Source: Octopus bimaculoides
Lineage: Eukaryota
Direction of reading: 5' to 3'
Length of the DNA stretch: 52,812 nucleotides
Assembly: GCF_001194135.2 (NCBI RefSeq)
Contig: NC_068994.1
Coordinates: forward strand, 25,484,944 to 25,537,755
Shown here: positions 22,880-35,814 of the stretch, one piece after another
How positions within the stretch are numbered: position 1 is the first letter of the stretch
Layout of the letters: every line of letters begins with the position of its first letter
Translations under genes and position numbers: made by a program
The notes under the pieces: generated by a model
What the model saw: the letters and a program-made list of their open reading frames with translations, nothing else
The model's database searches: none
Told to the model about the DNA's origin: nothing

Positions 22880-24330
22880 ACAATAAGTACAGTGAACTAG
22901 CAGTGGAGAGTGGAAAATTGAACATTTTGGAAGGAGTCCTTCAGGGAAAGGTTGAAAGGAGAGAAATTGAGACAGCAGAGTTTTACATCCTCTTGGTTGA
23001 AAAAAAAAAAAACTGGCTATAACTGCTAAGAAATGCAAGGGCCACATGAGCTTCATCATCATCATCTTTTAATGTCCATTGTCCATGCTGGCATGGGCTG
23101 GACGGTTTGACCAAGGCTGGTAAGCCGAGGGGCTGCACCAGACTCCAATCTGATTTAGCATGGTTTCTATGGCTGGATGCTCTTCCTAATGCCAACTACT
23201 CCAAGAGTGTAGTGGGTGCTTTTACATGCCATCGGCATTTCTTTACACAACTGTACTCGTCCATATGCATCACATAACCATACCAACACAGATGCTTCTC
23301 TTGCACACCACATCTGATGCCTCTTATGCCCAACTTTTCTCTCAAGACTCTTACACTCTCTTGTACATGCACACTGACATTGCACATCCAACGAAGCATG
23401 CTAGCTTCATTTCTTTCAAGCATATGCATATCCTTGGTGGTCACAGCCCATGTTTCACTACTGTGTAGCACAGCTGTTTGCACACAGGCATCATAAAATC
23501 TGCCTTTCATCCTTAGGGAGAGGCCCTTCATTGCCAACAGAGGTAGAAGCTCTCTGTACTTTGCTCAGCCAATTCTTATTCTTGCAGCTATGCTCTCAGA
23601 GCATCCACCACCACTGCTGACTAGATAATGGTAACTATCAACTATGTCTAGCTTACCCCACTGGCATTTGATGGAGTCTATTTTCTGTACACTTTTAGTA
23701 TTTATTGTACCTGTGCACAAAACCTATTTTCCTAGATAACCTTCCTCTGAGATTGCTGCACCTCTTGTGTCCATAGCTTCCACTGGGTACATCTTATGGA
23801 ATTTCTTCTCACACCTTTCCTACAGATTGAGCAGGGCCATTTACCTGAGGGGAATTGTGATTTACATGAAAAAATAGTGGTAGGAGAAACAGTATGAAAA
23901 GGTTGAAGGAAAGAGAAGCAGGCAAAATCAAGAGTGACATGAAGAGGAAAGATAAGGTTAGTGTGAGTTGAAGAATAAGATAGGGTTTAATGGAGTAATA
24001 GGAAGTGAAAGAAAAAGAAAAATGTTTATTTAAACCTGTTGATGATATGGTGCCAAGTTTGAATATGAAATACTGTTACTTCCACTTCCTTGAGAATGTG
24101 GATCCATAATGTGTAGTAATGCTGCACACTGATAAGTGAGTGATGGAATGGACAAGTTGACCTGGCATACATAGTAGTACACTTAAATGTGCTCCTGAAA
24201 GTGATCAACAAAGTGTCAGCCTGTTTCCTCAATGTAAAGGGCACTGCAAATTTTACATATGGTGCAGTATATAAGGATAGACAATGTGTAAAAGGTATTC
24301 TGAGTAATATGATATTGTGACATAAGCCCA
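22880..24330 (-). mobile_element. Decayed Penelope-like element (GIY-YIG plus 3' region), split by an RTE insertion
   Basis: LYIEETG*HFVDHFQEH (YIGETGR.L.DRF.EH motif) and FKLGTISSTGLNKHFSF. Both flanks of the RTE at 23052-23862 align with 2320-2660. Confidence 0.7.
23052..23862 (-). mobile_element. 5'-truncated, internally deleted RTE LINE
   Basis: KGLSLRMKGRFYDACV...LERNEASMLRWMC...LCWYGYV, with a (GAT)n tail. Confidence 0.85.
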
Positions 24331-24564
24331 GTGATAGTTGTAGTGTTGTTAATATAGGTAAGGATATGTATAGATACTTATATATGGATGCACACAGACA
24401 CATTTATAAGTGAATTTGTGTATATGTATATGTGTGTGTGTGTGTGTATTTGATTGTTTATAAACACGTGTAGAGCTATGTGAGTGCTTATATATGTGTT
24501 TGTGCATGCATGAAAGTGTGAAAATGTTATGCACACCTCTGTGTGTGTGTGTGTGTGTGTATAA

Positions 24565-25410
24565 AAGGTGTGGAAGAGCTGCTATGAGAGGCTATTAAAT
24601 GTGGAGAATGAATGGGAGAAAGGGAGTCTCCTCCATGTGAACCCAACAAAAGGACCAACTATCCTAGTTGACAGCAGCATGATAGATAAAGTATTCAAAA
24701 ATATAAAGACAGGGAAAGCCCCTGATCCATCACGAGACACTGCTGAAATGCTTTAGCTGTCTATAAGAGTTAGATATGGTCTAGTCATCCATATAGTTAA
24801 TCAGGTTATTCAGGAAGGTGCAATCCCCAGTGACTGGTGTAGCAGCATCATAGTCAGTTGCTATAAGAGTAAGAGAGCTGCTTTATATAGATTTACAGAG
24901 GCATCAAATTGCTGGACCAAGTGATGAAAGTTGCAGAGAAAGTTATAGCCCAATTAATCAAGAACAGAATGAGACTAGATGAAATGCAGTTTGGCTTTGT
25001 TCAGGAGAAAGCACCACTGATGCTATTTTCATAATCAGGCGACTGCAAGGGAAGTATTTGACATTTGTTGATCTGGAGAAAGCCTTTAACAGAGTACCTA
25101 TATTTGGTGTACCCAGTGCAAGCTATGAATACACAAAGGGTGCAATGGAATAGTAGGAAGGTTAACAGAGAAAATAGTGTTTGTATGTGAAAGATGTACA
25201 GGAACCATAAAGACTACAGGTACATGGGAAACTGATTTCCTCAAATGTCCTAGAGGTGCTCTGGAAGTACTTGATAATTTCTGCTACCTAGGTGACTTAA
25301 TAAAGCAGTGGAGGAGGATGTACTGAAAGTGTAACTACTAGAATAAGATTAACGTAGAGAAAGTTCAGAGAGCTTTTACTTCTATTGGCAACCAAAAGTC
25401 TCTCCCAATT
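24565..25410 (+). mobile_element. RTE LINE fragment (pre-RT and RT pieces)
   Basis: WKSCYERLLNVENEW...GKAPDPS; QFGF; DLEKAFNRVP; NFCYLGD. Confidence 0.8.
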
Positions 25411-28367
25411 CCATTTCCCCCATGCACACCCTCAAAACCCTGGATTCATTTCCCAGCATGTCCATTAAAATCAACCATACCTAAAACCAATTCATCTGCC
25501 TTTTGTAAGTCCCACTCATTTGCCATTTCGTCAAAGAACTGCTCTTTCTCAGCAATCCCTCTTCTACTTTGTGGACCATACCCACAAATCACCCTCACCA
25601 CTTATTCCTCAAATGCCAACACTACTGTCATTACTCTGTCACTCTTTCTCCTGACCTCCACAACCTTCTCACAGATTTCTTCCTTCACCAAAACTCCCAC
25701 ATTTCCAGACCATCACAACTTGTACCTTCTTTCCTTGACCCCCNNNNNNNNNNTGCACCATGGCCCCTCCACCTAACCTCTTGCACACAGCACACATTCA
25801 CCCTCGGCTTCTTCAATTCCTCACACACCTCAGTTCCACTTCCACACAGACTGCCCACATTCCAACTTCACATTCTCACCCCAAGCTTCTCCTCAGGCCA
25901 TCGGCCATCATAAGGCAAGTCATGCTTGTGCAACCCAAGATGAGGGTTTGCACCTTCCTTTTACAGGTAGGCAGGTGCAACTCACACCAACCTTTGGGCT
26001 GGCTAGTGCCCATTCTCCTTTGCTATTTTCTACGGGGAGCATGCCCTTGATTACCCCCAACGTCAGTTTCTAGATATGAGTGGTCCTGAGACCAAGGCCT
26101 CTACGATTTTTAAGAAATGTGGTGGAAAACTAGCTTGGGAAGGCAGGGACGCTACTCCCTGAGACCCCCTATATACATATAAAGGACAGATGGGGCTCCT
26201 TAGCCGTGGTGAAGGCAACCCATCTAGGAGAAACATACTATGATATAAAACCAAGTTTCTGATTACTGAAGGTCCCCTTAACAGAACTCTACCATCAACA
26301 AACCTTGACTCATAGGGTAGACTAGGCTCTCCAGCTTGTTTATAGCAGCTTGTCTAGGAGATGAAGACCTCTGAAAAAAGCCTGAAGTGCATTGTTCTTG
26401 GTATTGTGGCACATATGTACATCATATTCTTGCTATCATCACTTCTGGAAAGTGTTGCTGGTTCTACACAAGCCTTCACTAGTGTGGGTTTTCAGTAGCG
26501 CACAGTTCCACTTGAAAAAAGTCTTCTAGTGAGAGCATGAAAATGGTAGGGACAGGTAAAGGATATAACTGGAAGTCTTTTGCTGGATCTCTACACAGTG
26601 ACCATCGGTTGATGGTTGTTCTAGCACAGAACTCATGAGTAACTGTGCTGTCACTGTCCTTGAATGGTGACAAAGCAGCTTTATTTGAACACAGCTTAGC
26701 TTAGCTTTCCTCAACGGGGATGGGGGGGGGCAAAAAACGGAGCCCTAAGCATTGCTTACTCATCTTTAATTTGGCAGCCCACTGCATCTGTCTGGTTTTC
26801 CAGTAATGCAGTTGAAACATGAAGAACTGTAAAAAGAATACGAGTCTTGGTTCTTGGAACATTCACACTCTCCAAGGAAATCACTCAGCACCAGAACAAA
26901 AAACAGCACTGGTTACCCTTGAATAAAGTACAACATTGACATAGCCACACTCAGTGAAACTCGTCTTGCAGGATCATCACAGTTAAAAGAAAGCAAAGTG
27001 GATACGCATTTTTCTGGTCTAGAAGAAATGAGAATGAGCCATGGCACTCTGATGTTGGTTTCATCATCAGTGCTAAAATAGCCAGATCCCTTTCTTCTCT
27101 ACCCAAAAGTATTTCTGATTGGAACTTGATCAAAACACTTGCTCTACACTTGTCAAGCTATGCTCCATGGTCAGCTCTGAGCAGGGAAAGGGTAACTTTT
27201 ACAACCTACTCCATGATGTTATCTCCAGTTGTCAACATAGGTCTAAGCTTATTCTTATGGGTGACTTTAATGCTCATGTACACTTTATCAAACATGGGAG
27301 AGTGTACTTGGTCGTCATGGTGTAGGTTGAATGAACTCCATCTACAGGAAATTTGGTCTAAGCATCACAAATACCTTCTTTCAACAGCAAAATTGTTGCA
27401 AGATGACCTGGATGCATCCTAGATTTATGGATTGGCATCTCATAGAATATATTATCATTAAGAAGCAAGACATAAAGGACTTTAATACTACGCCTTCCTT
27501 TCATAGCACCTGCTTTCTCCCTGACCATTCTCTTCTTTGTAATAAGGATATGTTCCATCTGGAATACATGACTACAAAAGTCATCAGTGTCTAAGTCCAT
27601 TAATGTTCTGCCTTTGAAAACTGCTGAACTCTATAACATATTGTACACTACACCCAACACTGTTGACATCAGTAATAACATTGAATCATCTTGGAAGGCT
27701 CTGCATGATGCAACACACTCTGCATCTGCAGAGGTTCTTGGACTTCCTGCTCATAAACATCAAGATTAGTTTGATAATAACAACACAGATATCCAAAAGT
27801 TGATAGATAAAATACACAGCTCTCATAAAACATGGATCAATGACAAGAGCTCAACCAGAAAAACGAATGCTGATAAGAAATGCAAAGACTATGTCCAACG
27901 TGCTCTCAGACATGAAAGAGGCTTGGTGGTCATCCAAGGCTACTGAACTCCAAGAAGCTGCAGACAGAAAGGATTCTAAAGCCTTCTATGATGGCCTCAA
28001 GAGTACAGTGTTACTCCTATTTTTTCATCCATTGGAGAGGCACTGTTAGCTGACAAATCTGACATCCTAAAATGATGGAAAGACCACTTTGGAGCTGTGT
28101 TAAACTCTACCTTGGTCACTAATGACGATGATGTAATGTCTATTCTACAGTATGCTGAAATACTGGAATTGTCTCTGAAGCCAATCTTCCTGAAAGTGGT
28201 AAACTCTTTTATACAGATCTTTTCTGGTAAATAGCTGGCAGGGATGCTGTCCCACCTGAAACCTACATGCATGGTGGACAGAAGCTTTTCAAGAACTTGC
28301 AAGACCTATTCATAAATATTTGGAGGGTAGACCATGTAACACAGAACTTTAAGGATGTCTAAGTTTA

Positions 28368-28633
28368 TGTGGTGTTATGGGCTGTGATGAGCTGTGTGTT
28401 GTGGTGGAGAGAGGTGAGGCAAACAGAGGTGAAGCCAGACCGGAAGGGTCAGATCGGAAGTCGGCGACACGCGGTCGAAGGCTAGCACGTTGAGTCAGAT
28501 AACAGAGAGGTTACGAGAAAGACGTGTTCTGATCAGGAGCGATTGTGTACTCTGCTGCAGTCGACAAGGTAAGGTCCAACGTTTCATTCTGTCCTTTTGC
28601 TTCTTGTTGTCTTTTCTCCTCCATCACACCACA
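28368..28633 (+). mobile_element. Solo LTR (266 bp) with 5-bp TSD
   Basis: Ends tgtggtgttatgg and ccatcacaccaca (TG...CA, 13-bp imperfect inverted repeat). TSD GTTTA at 28363-67 and 28634-38. Removing it restores the LINE motif ..LYKKGNRSVCDNHHGISLL. Strand is inferred. Confidence 0.88.
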
Positions 28634-29489
28634 GTTTAACACCTTTATAAGAAAGGAAACAGAAGTGTCTGTGATAATCATCATGGGATATCACTTCTGT
28701 CTATTGCTGGTAAGATTCTTGCTTGACTCATTCAAAATTAAGAGCTGTTCATGGTGTTCGTTGACCTAAGGCCTTCAACACTGTTAACTGACAAGCACTA
28801 TGGAAAGTTCTGAAAAAGCTTAGTATACCTGACAAAATGTTGAATGTTATCATCTTCTTTCATGAGGGAATGAAAGCTGCTGTCTTGTTACAAACAGAAC
28901 AAAGCAAGGTTGTGTCACAGCTCATTTTGTTTGCACTCTTCCTATCAGTGATGATGAAGTATGCTTTTGGTGACTTAGAAAGGGTGTTAAATTCCAGTTT
29001 CAAATTAGTGGACTATTCAGTCATGTGTTTCAATACCAAAACACTGTTACACACCAGTATCATTTGCGATTTGCTTTTTGCAGATGCTGCTGAACTAGTA
29101 GCAGCCTCTTTAGAGGAAACTCAGGAACTTCTAGACCAGTTTTGTGTTGCATGTAAAGCATTTGGTTTGACCATCAACATAAAGAAGACAAAAGTGATCC
29201 ACCAACCTTGCCCTACTCCTAAGCAAATTCGAGGTGTCAAGCAGAGGCTACTGCTTCACAATTTCCAACACTCATATACAGATTGATAGGAAAAACTTAA
29301 AGTGAAGTATTGACATATCTTGATAGTAAAGAGAACTTGAGTGCTTACCTTGATGATGAAATCACCATCCATCTTGCAAAAGCAACCAATGCATTTGGCA
29401 AACTTTGTCATTGCCTATGGAATGAAAGGGACATTAAACTGGACACTAAAGTACAGGTCTATAAAGCTGCTATTATTACTACTCCCTTA

Positions 29490-29696
29490 AGATGGTGAGC
29501 CAGTAGAATTGTTAGTGCACTGTACGAAATACTGAGCAGTATTTCATCTGTTGCAATTGCTCTGAGTTCAAAGTCCGCTGAGGTCAACTTTGCCTTTCAG
29601 GGTTGATAAAATAGGTACCAGTTGAACACTGGGATTGATGTAATCGACCCATCCCTACCTTCCCCCAAGCTGCCCTTATGGCAAAAATTTGAAATA
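29490..29696 (+). mobile_element. SINE with 18-bp flanking direct repeat
   Basis: ATTATTACTACTCCCTTA at 29472-89 and 29697-714, with a B-box (gagttcaaagtcc). Confidence 0.85.
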
Positions 29697-31099
29697 ATTA
29701 TTACTACTCCCTTACATGGCTTGAAATTGTGGACACCCTGTAGGTGGCACATTAACCAACTAGACATCTTTCACGAAGGATGTCTCAGAACAATCTGCAG
29801 TTATTCACTCAATAGCAAGCGTAGGATTGGTGAAATTGAAAGCTTCCTAATACAGTCACAAATGCACTGGGTTGGCCATGTCATCAAAACGAGTGACAAA
29901 AGTATATCCAAAATCCTCATGTACAGCCAATTTGATAATGGGCACAAGAATGTTGGTCAACTATGGCTCAACTATAAGGTCAAGCTGAAGAGTAACCTTT
30001 CAGCAGTCAATATAGCTCCCAACACCTTTGAATAAACAAAATGGAGATTCTTATGTCAAAATGGCATAAGAAACTTTGTTTCAACCAGCATTAATAGGCT
30101 TAGGGTTGCAAATATACTGCCTGCACTGACTTGTAATCTTCATACTTGCAACATTGGCGGGCTTCTTTGCAAATCATTGGCATGACTTAATACGTAAATT
30201 TCACATTTGACATGAGTATTATGACTGACAAAGAAAGTGTAGCTTGTTGGATCCTCATACGTTGAAACTGATAGGAGAGCCCATCGTATGTATGTATATA
30301 TATCTATAAATATAGGTATGTATATAGGTACACACATACATGTGTGTATACATTAAGTATGTAACATAGATGCGACTTTACTTTAATATATTAACTACAC
30401 CAATGTGTATGCCATAAGCTGAAAAACTGGTGAGTCAAAGAAAAGTGCCTAGTGGTATTTAGTTCAGTTACACTGAAATGATCACATTTGATAAAATAAG
30501 TACCAATAAAATACTGGCAGCAATAACATCAACTGAAAAAACTTCAAAGGTAATGTTCCATCATGGCTGCAATGACTGAAACTAGTAAAGAAAATACTAG
30601 TTTATTTTTTTGTTCCAGTGTGATGAAATGGTATGTTTGTCAAGTAGAAACCATGATGAGAAAATGTCAAAAATATTAAATAATTCTAATTAACAAACTA
30701 TGTACTTTATCTGCAAACTAGTTGCTTCTTGAATTCTTTGAAGAAATACCTTACTCAAAGTATTACATATTTCAGTACTATTTTATTCATTTAAAGTTAT
30801 AAAGTGATATTAATACCCACTCACATGAAAAATTTTTAAACAAAATTTTTTATATGATTTAGGAATGTTTTTTTTTCCAAGTGTTCTGCATTAGAGGAAA
30901 GACAGTGACCATAATTTCTTTGATAAACCTGATCTTCAGCTTGAAACTCGTAGGTGGAGATGTTCCAGAGTGAGAAGGTTGCGCATGAGTTTAGTAGAGT
31001 TTTCTGTGTGTCCAGTTACTTTTCTTGGTGGCAGGCATCAGCTAAGTAATCTTTCTAACATGTAATCTTTAACAAACAGCAGTAAGGAATGACACATTT

Positions 31100-31520
31100 A
31101 GAAAAAGAGCTTCAAGATATCACAATCCTCTATCCTCAACTGAATGCTTGCAACAGAGTGATCTCTACTAAGAGCACCCTTAGACTAGAGTGTGTTGGTA
31201 AACCAGATAGCAGGTTGGGCCAATCACACATGAATTTTAACAAGGCACCAGCACATAAGAGCTTATTTTACTGAACTCTGGTTGTTCTACTTTTTAAGCT
31301 ATCATTTTTCATTGCCTTGAGTCACTCTTTCTTCATTGACAATCAGTTTGGATTCCATAGGGCTTGAAGTACCAGGTAATTGTTTCTCTCTGTCAATCAT
31401 TAATGGTCTCATTTTTCCTTTGAAAATTTCATTGAAAGCGGAGTTTATTGCCCTTAACATCAAAGACTTTCACAGCATCTGATGTCAAAATCTTGTAGCT
31501 AACCTGTCTGTCTACTGTTT
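31100..31520 (+). mobile_element. Old LINE RT fragment (clade uncertain)
   Basis: NQFGFHRA..ST and ALNIK(A)FHSI-like RT motifs. Highly degenerate. Confidence 0.5.
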
Positions 31521-32279
31521 TTATGTCTCGCAATGTCGACTTGGGGTTTCTGCCAGATCACTACATTGCAGTGCAGTCTCTGACCTGCATTCATTCAACA
31601 GTTATGTAAAGATGGGAAAAGTATTTAATAATGAGTAAAGAATCTAATTAGAAAACACTAAGTAATTAGTTTTAACCAGCTCAAATAAGGGAGACAACTC
31701 AGGTCTTATTAGGTCAATGGAGCAAACTGTTCTGTCCTTGCCAGTATTGAAAAAGATCATTAAGCAAATACTAATATACTTCTTAATGAAATAAATAATT
31801 TTAATTATTTATGGAATATAAAGTGATGTGTAAGCTTGATCTGTAGTAGCATGGTGGTGACAATATGTATTTCTATAGTCATCTAAGATCTGCAATAATG
31901 GTTAGACTACACTTTGCTAATGAGGTCCAGTAGATTTAATATTCACCAGGAAATTGGATAGACAGCTGGTTGTGAATATCAAGGTTCAGAAAGATAAACC
32001 AAATCTAAAGAAGGAAAATATGGAATCTGAAAGATCCCTCAATCAGATGTAAATTACAGAAAGTAGTAAGTGCAGCCTATGAAAAAGGGCAAGGGGGAAT
32101 TGGGGACCTATAACATAGAAGACAACTGGAAGTTTCTTATGAGACAATCTGCTGCAAGTCACAGACCAGATCTGTGGTTGGAGCAAAATGGAAGTTAACA
32201 TGGTGGTGGAAAGGTTTACTATATGCAGCCACAAAAACTAGACTGTAAAGACTGGAAGAAAGTAGTAGAAAATACCAGG

Positions 32280-33340
32280 TAGGTAAATGAGAAGCTAGAT
32301 GTAAAGGCAGGGAACCATTGATATTCTTTTCTTAAAGACTACATGAGAACATTTTTTTAGCTAAGAGCAAGCCACTGTACCTAGCATATATAAAGAAGTA
32401 TTTGACAAAGTTCCACAATCTGTGGTATAGTCACTAAGAAAACAAGGTGTAGATGAAGTACTTGTGAATGCAGTGAAAACTATGTACATGGTTGTTGTCA
32501 GCAACAAGAGTATGCTACTAGGTGTCCATCAGAGTTGATTTCTCAATCCACTCCTATTAATTATGCTATGTTAAACTTCTTTTATGGCCAGTTCTCCAAG
32601 ATCAACCAGTTAAACATTTAGTGAGAAAATTCCAATTATAGAAATAAACAGAGAATGAAGAGATTTACAGTAATCCTAGCAAAGACAAATGTCTTAGTAT
32701 GGAAGAATACTAAATTCTGTCATTAAGGATAAAGTAGAAAAGGTGCAGGGAGGAATTTTATACAGTATACCTAATATAAACTATGGAGGCACAAGAGATG
32801 CAGTGGGTACCCAAGCAAGCTGACAGAGAAGGACTTCATGTGTATCAGATGCACAGTAGGTGACATAATCATCAGTGGAAGTGATTGTTCTATAAGTATA
32901 GTAGCCAGAGAAAAAAACTGGAAAAGTTCAAGGAACTATTGTTTACTTAAAACAGAGGGATTATCCAAGTGAAAGACAGATTGTATAATGCTTGCATACA
33001 AAGTGTGATTTTGCATAGTAGCAGACCATGGAAACTGATTGCAAAGGATATGTGAAAACAGAGATATAGAAGCCAAATGAGTTAAGAGAAAAATTGTGTA
33101 TATAAGAAATCAGGTGTTGTGGGCAAGAGAGAACACTCAGCTAGTATAGATATGTGGTGTACATAATGGATGGCAAATGGGTAAAGAAATGCCAATGATC
33201 TGAGAGGAAGGAACCGGTTGCAGAAGAGGAAAAACAAGGAAGCTTTGGGAACAAGTAGTGAAAGCTGTCTCAGAATGCTGAGCATAACAAATGGCAAGAT
33301 GTTGTACTGAAGACATGTAATAAGAAAATGGATGCAAAAT
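32280..33340 (+). mobile_element. Highly decayed RTE LINE RT region
   Basis: Homologous to 12000-13300 in the opposite orientation (agcaagccactgtacctagc, ggtgtccatcag, gtacccaagcaagc). Confidence 0.65.
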
Positions 33341-33497
33341 ATTAAGATATGCAAACATCTAAACTAATTTATTTGTATTGCTATAACTATCAACAAGTTT
33401 TTTAAAAAAAGTGAAAGAAAAAGATCAAAAACAAAGTACATTTTAACCAAGTTTTCTTTTTTTTTAGGAATTACACATAAAAAAAATATATCTGATG

Positions 33498-33547
<50 letters not shown>

Positions 33548-33870
33548 CTATATATTTATTATAAGCAGTTATCTCATATTTTAACTGATAAATTAAAAAA
33601 CAAAATAATAAAAGAAACTACATCAATAAATGGATATAAACACATGTAAATTAAGAAAGAGAGAGAGAGAGGAAAAGGAAATTAATTTTCGTATTACAAA
33701 TTAATGACAAAATACATATAGAAAAATATCATTACTGAGTGATATGATAAATTACTATAAGTTAGTTTCTCCAAACTATACTTGTTATTCATCTGATGAG
33801 GTAATTTTTTTCATTAAAATTTTTTTAAAAATTTATTTCAACAGTTAAAATATAAGACAACCTTAGTAAC

Positions 33871-34236
33871 CTATTGCTTTTCATCTTGCTCAATGTTAGA
33901 GTTTCTTTTGTTTCCACTGATTTTCATTTTACTTGTATAATCTGCCAGAATGTCAGCAGTCACCTCGTCATATTTTTTCCAGATCCTTTCCACATTAGCC
34001 TCATAAGTTGCCAGGGAATCTGCAACTCTCTTGTGGTATTCTGTAACAGCTTCTGGAGATTTTTCACTTTCCATTAACATCAAAGCAACCTTTAGTGAAT
34101 TTTCATAAGCTAAACGCAGCACATCCATGTGTTGCTGGTGTTTGTCATACATGACAGAAAGCTTCTGTTCAAACACCTGCCGTGGGCCATGGTAAGAGCC
34201 ACCCCAGCTACGCCATGTGGAAGATTTTTTCATCAT
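33871..34236 (-). CDS. Unidentified 121-aa, largely helical-looking ORF in a spliced terminal exon
   Basis: Strong acceptor (T11-C6-atttccag) opens an exon at 34322. The first ATG in the exon (34236, A at -3) starts MMKKSSTWRSWGGSYHGPRQVFEQKL...DEKQ*. AATAAA lies about 35 nt after the stop. Composition is non-repetitive and protein-like, but no family was recognised. Confidence 0.65.
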   Translation of the reverse strand: MMKKSSTWRSWGGSYHGPRQVFEQKLSVMYDKHQQHMDVLRLAYENSLKVALMLMESEKSPEAVTEYHKRVADSLATYEANVERIWKKYDEVTADILADYTSKMKISGNKRNSNIEQDEKQ

Positions 34237-35814
34237 CTTTATGCTTTCCACCAGGAGTTGTGCAGATGAAAAAAGAATAAGTGTTGAAGATAAAAGTCAG
34301 CAAATATGAAGTTGGTTTAGATCTGGAAATGGGGGGAAAAAAAAAAAATCAAATATTATTATAATAGTTTTACAGTTATATACAAGAATGTGTTTACAAG
34401 AATACACACACACATAATTACATACATTGTCACTCTCATCAATTTTGTCAGTGTACTATGGACAAAAATTTTGTCAACTGAGAAAGACAATTTACATGAT
34501 AAATAAAGGTTTATTTATTTTCTGTTTTATATTTAAAATCCAAGAAAATATTGCTTAGTTTTCTTTTGTTGTTATCATTTAATAATTAAACTTCGTTCAT
34601 GTACTAAGATTATCTTCCATTTTATTCAATGTGATTTTCAGTTCATAGAAAGGATACACTCACATGTGTGTATATTTGTTTTTTTAAATATATTTTGAAC
34701 ATTTGAAATATTAATCTAAATGACTGAAATGTGTGTTATAGAAAAACTTTTTAAAAAGGGTTTTCAAAAAAAGACTTAGAAGGGAAACAATTATACATGA
34801 TGGCAGACCAATGCTGAAATTACCTAATTTGCAAAGTTCCAACAAAGAATGTATCAAACAATTATAGATTAATTTATATGAAAGAAAAAAAAACAAAAAA
34901 ACAACGTTAACTGGAAATGCTAAGCTTAATAAGTTATTTAGTTTAGAAAAAAACTGTTTGAATTGATAAAGGTTACAATGGTATAAATATTCTACATATG
35001 GCCACGCTAAACATGAACATTCCCAAAGACATAAAATCTTTGGTAGATTCACATATATTTACAATTAGATGCACACAAAAGATAGAGCATACAACAGTGT
35101 GATGAAGAAGTTAAAACAGCTATTCTGTGATGATTGACATGGCCATCCGTTGATATGTCCTGCATTATGACAACGTCTTTGTTTAATGGTAGCACGCAGA
35201 CTTATTATAATTATTTTTTGTTCCATACAGAACCAGATTTTTTTTTCTTCAAAATGCTACAGGTAGTACCAGTCTACATTGTTTACTGGTAGCACTACTA
35301 CATATAGTGACCTGACTTAAATCCTTTGCACGGACTTATTATTTTTCACTGTGTGTAGTTCAGTTCTGTGTTAGAGTTCCAGTTTTATCAGACATTTTTT
35401 TTCTTCAGAATCTTTTTTTATATATTTTTCACTGTGTGTAGTTCAGATCCCACCTTGGGATTTTTAACATTTTTTCACTATGTGAGCTCTGAATCCTTGT
35501 TGCTATTATGACGATGTATTTCATCATCTTCATGACTGGCCTGTACAGTGTACCTTGCTGACTGACGCTACTTACTGTGTCTGTCCACTATTTATTAGTA
35601 GTGGACTAGCCCACTCCTCAGCTGAGGGTGTCCACCACAACATCCATACATACAGGCATGTCCTTCACATACACACACACACACATAATCTGTCCTCTGT
35701 TGCACCCACAACCCACCCCACCTATTTCTCTCTCTCTCTCTCTGAATACCTATCTTTCTAATTCTATCTCTCCAGTTCTAATTCTATCTCTCCAGTGTTT
35801 CTTTCCATACAGCT

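Larger units (their letters stand above)
26060..30150 (+). mobile_element. Long decayed RTE-BovB-like LINE (5'UTR, APE endonuclease, RT)
   Basis: SWNIHTL, ILMGDFNAHV, TWMHPR..WHLIEYII, LLFADAAEL, TKVQVYKAAII, QMHWVGHVI. Many stops and frameshifts; it hosts a solo LTR and a SINE. Confidence 0.85.

Noticed and set aside
34297-34299. Selenocysteine codon (C-U)
   Set aside because: There is no recognisable selenoprotein motif and no SECIS-like hairpin in the short AT-rich 3' region.
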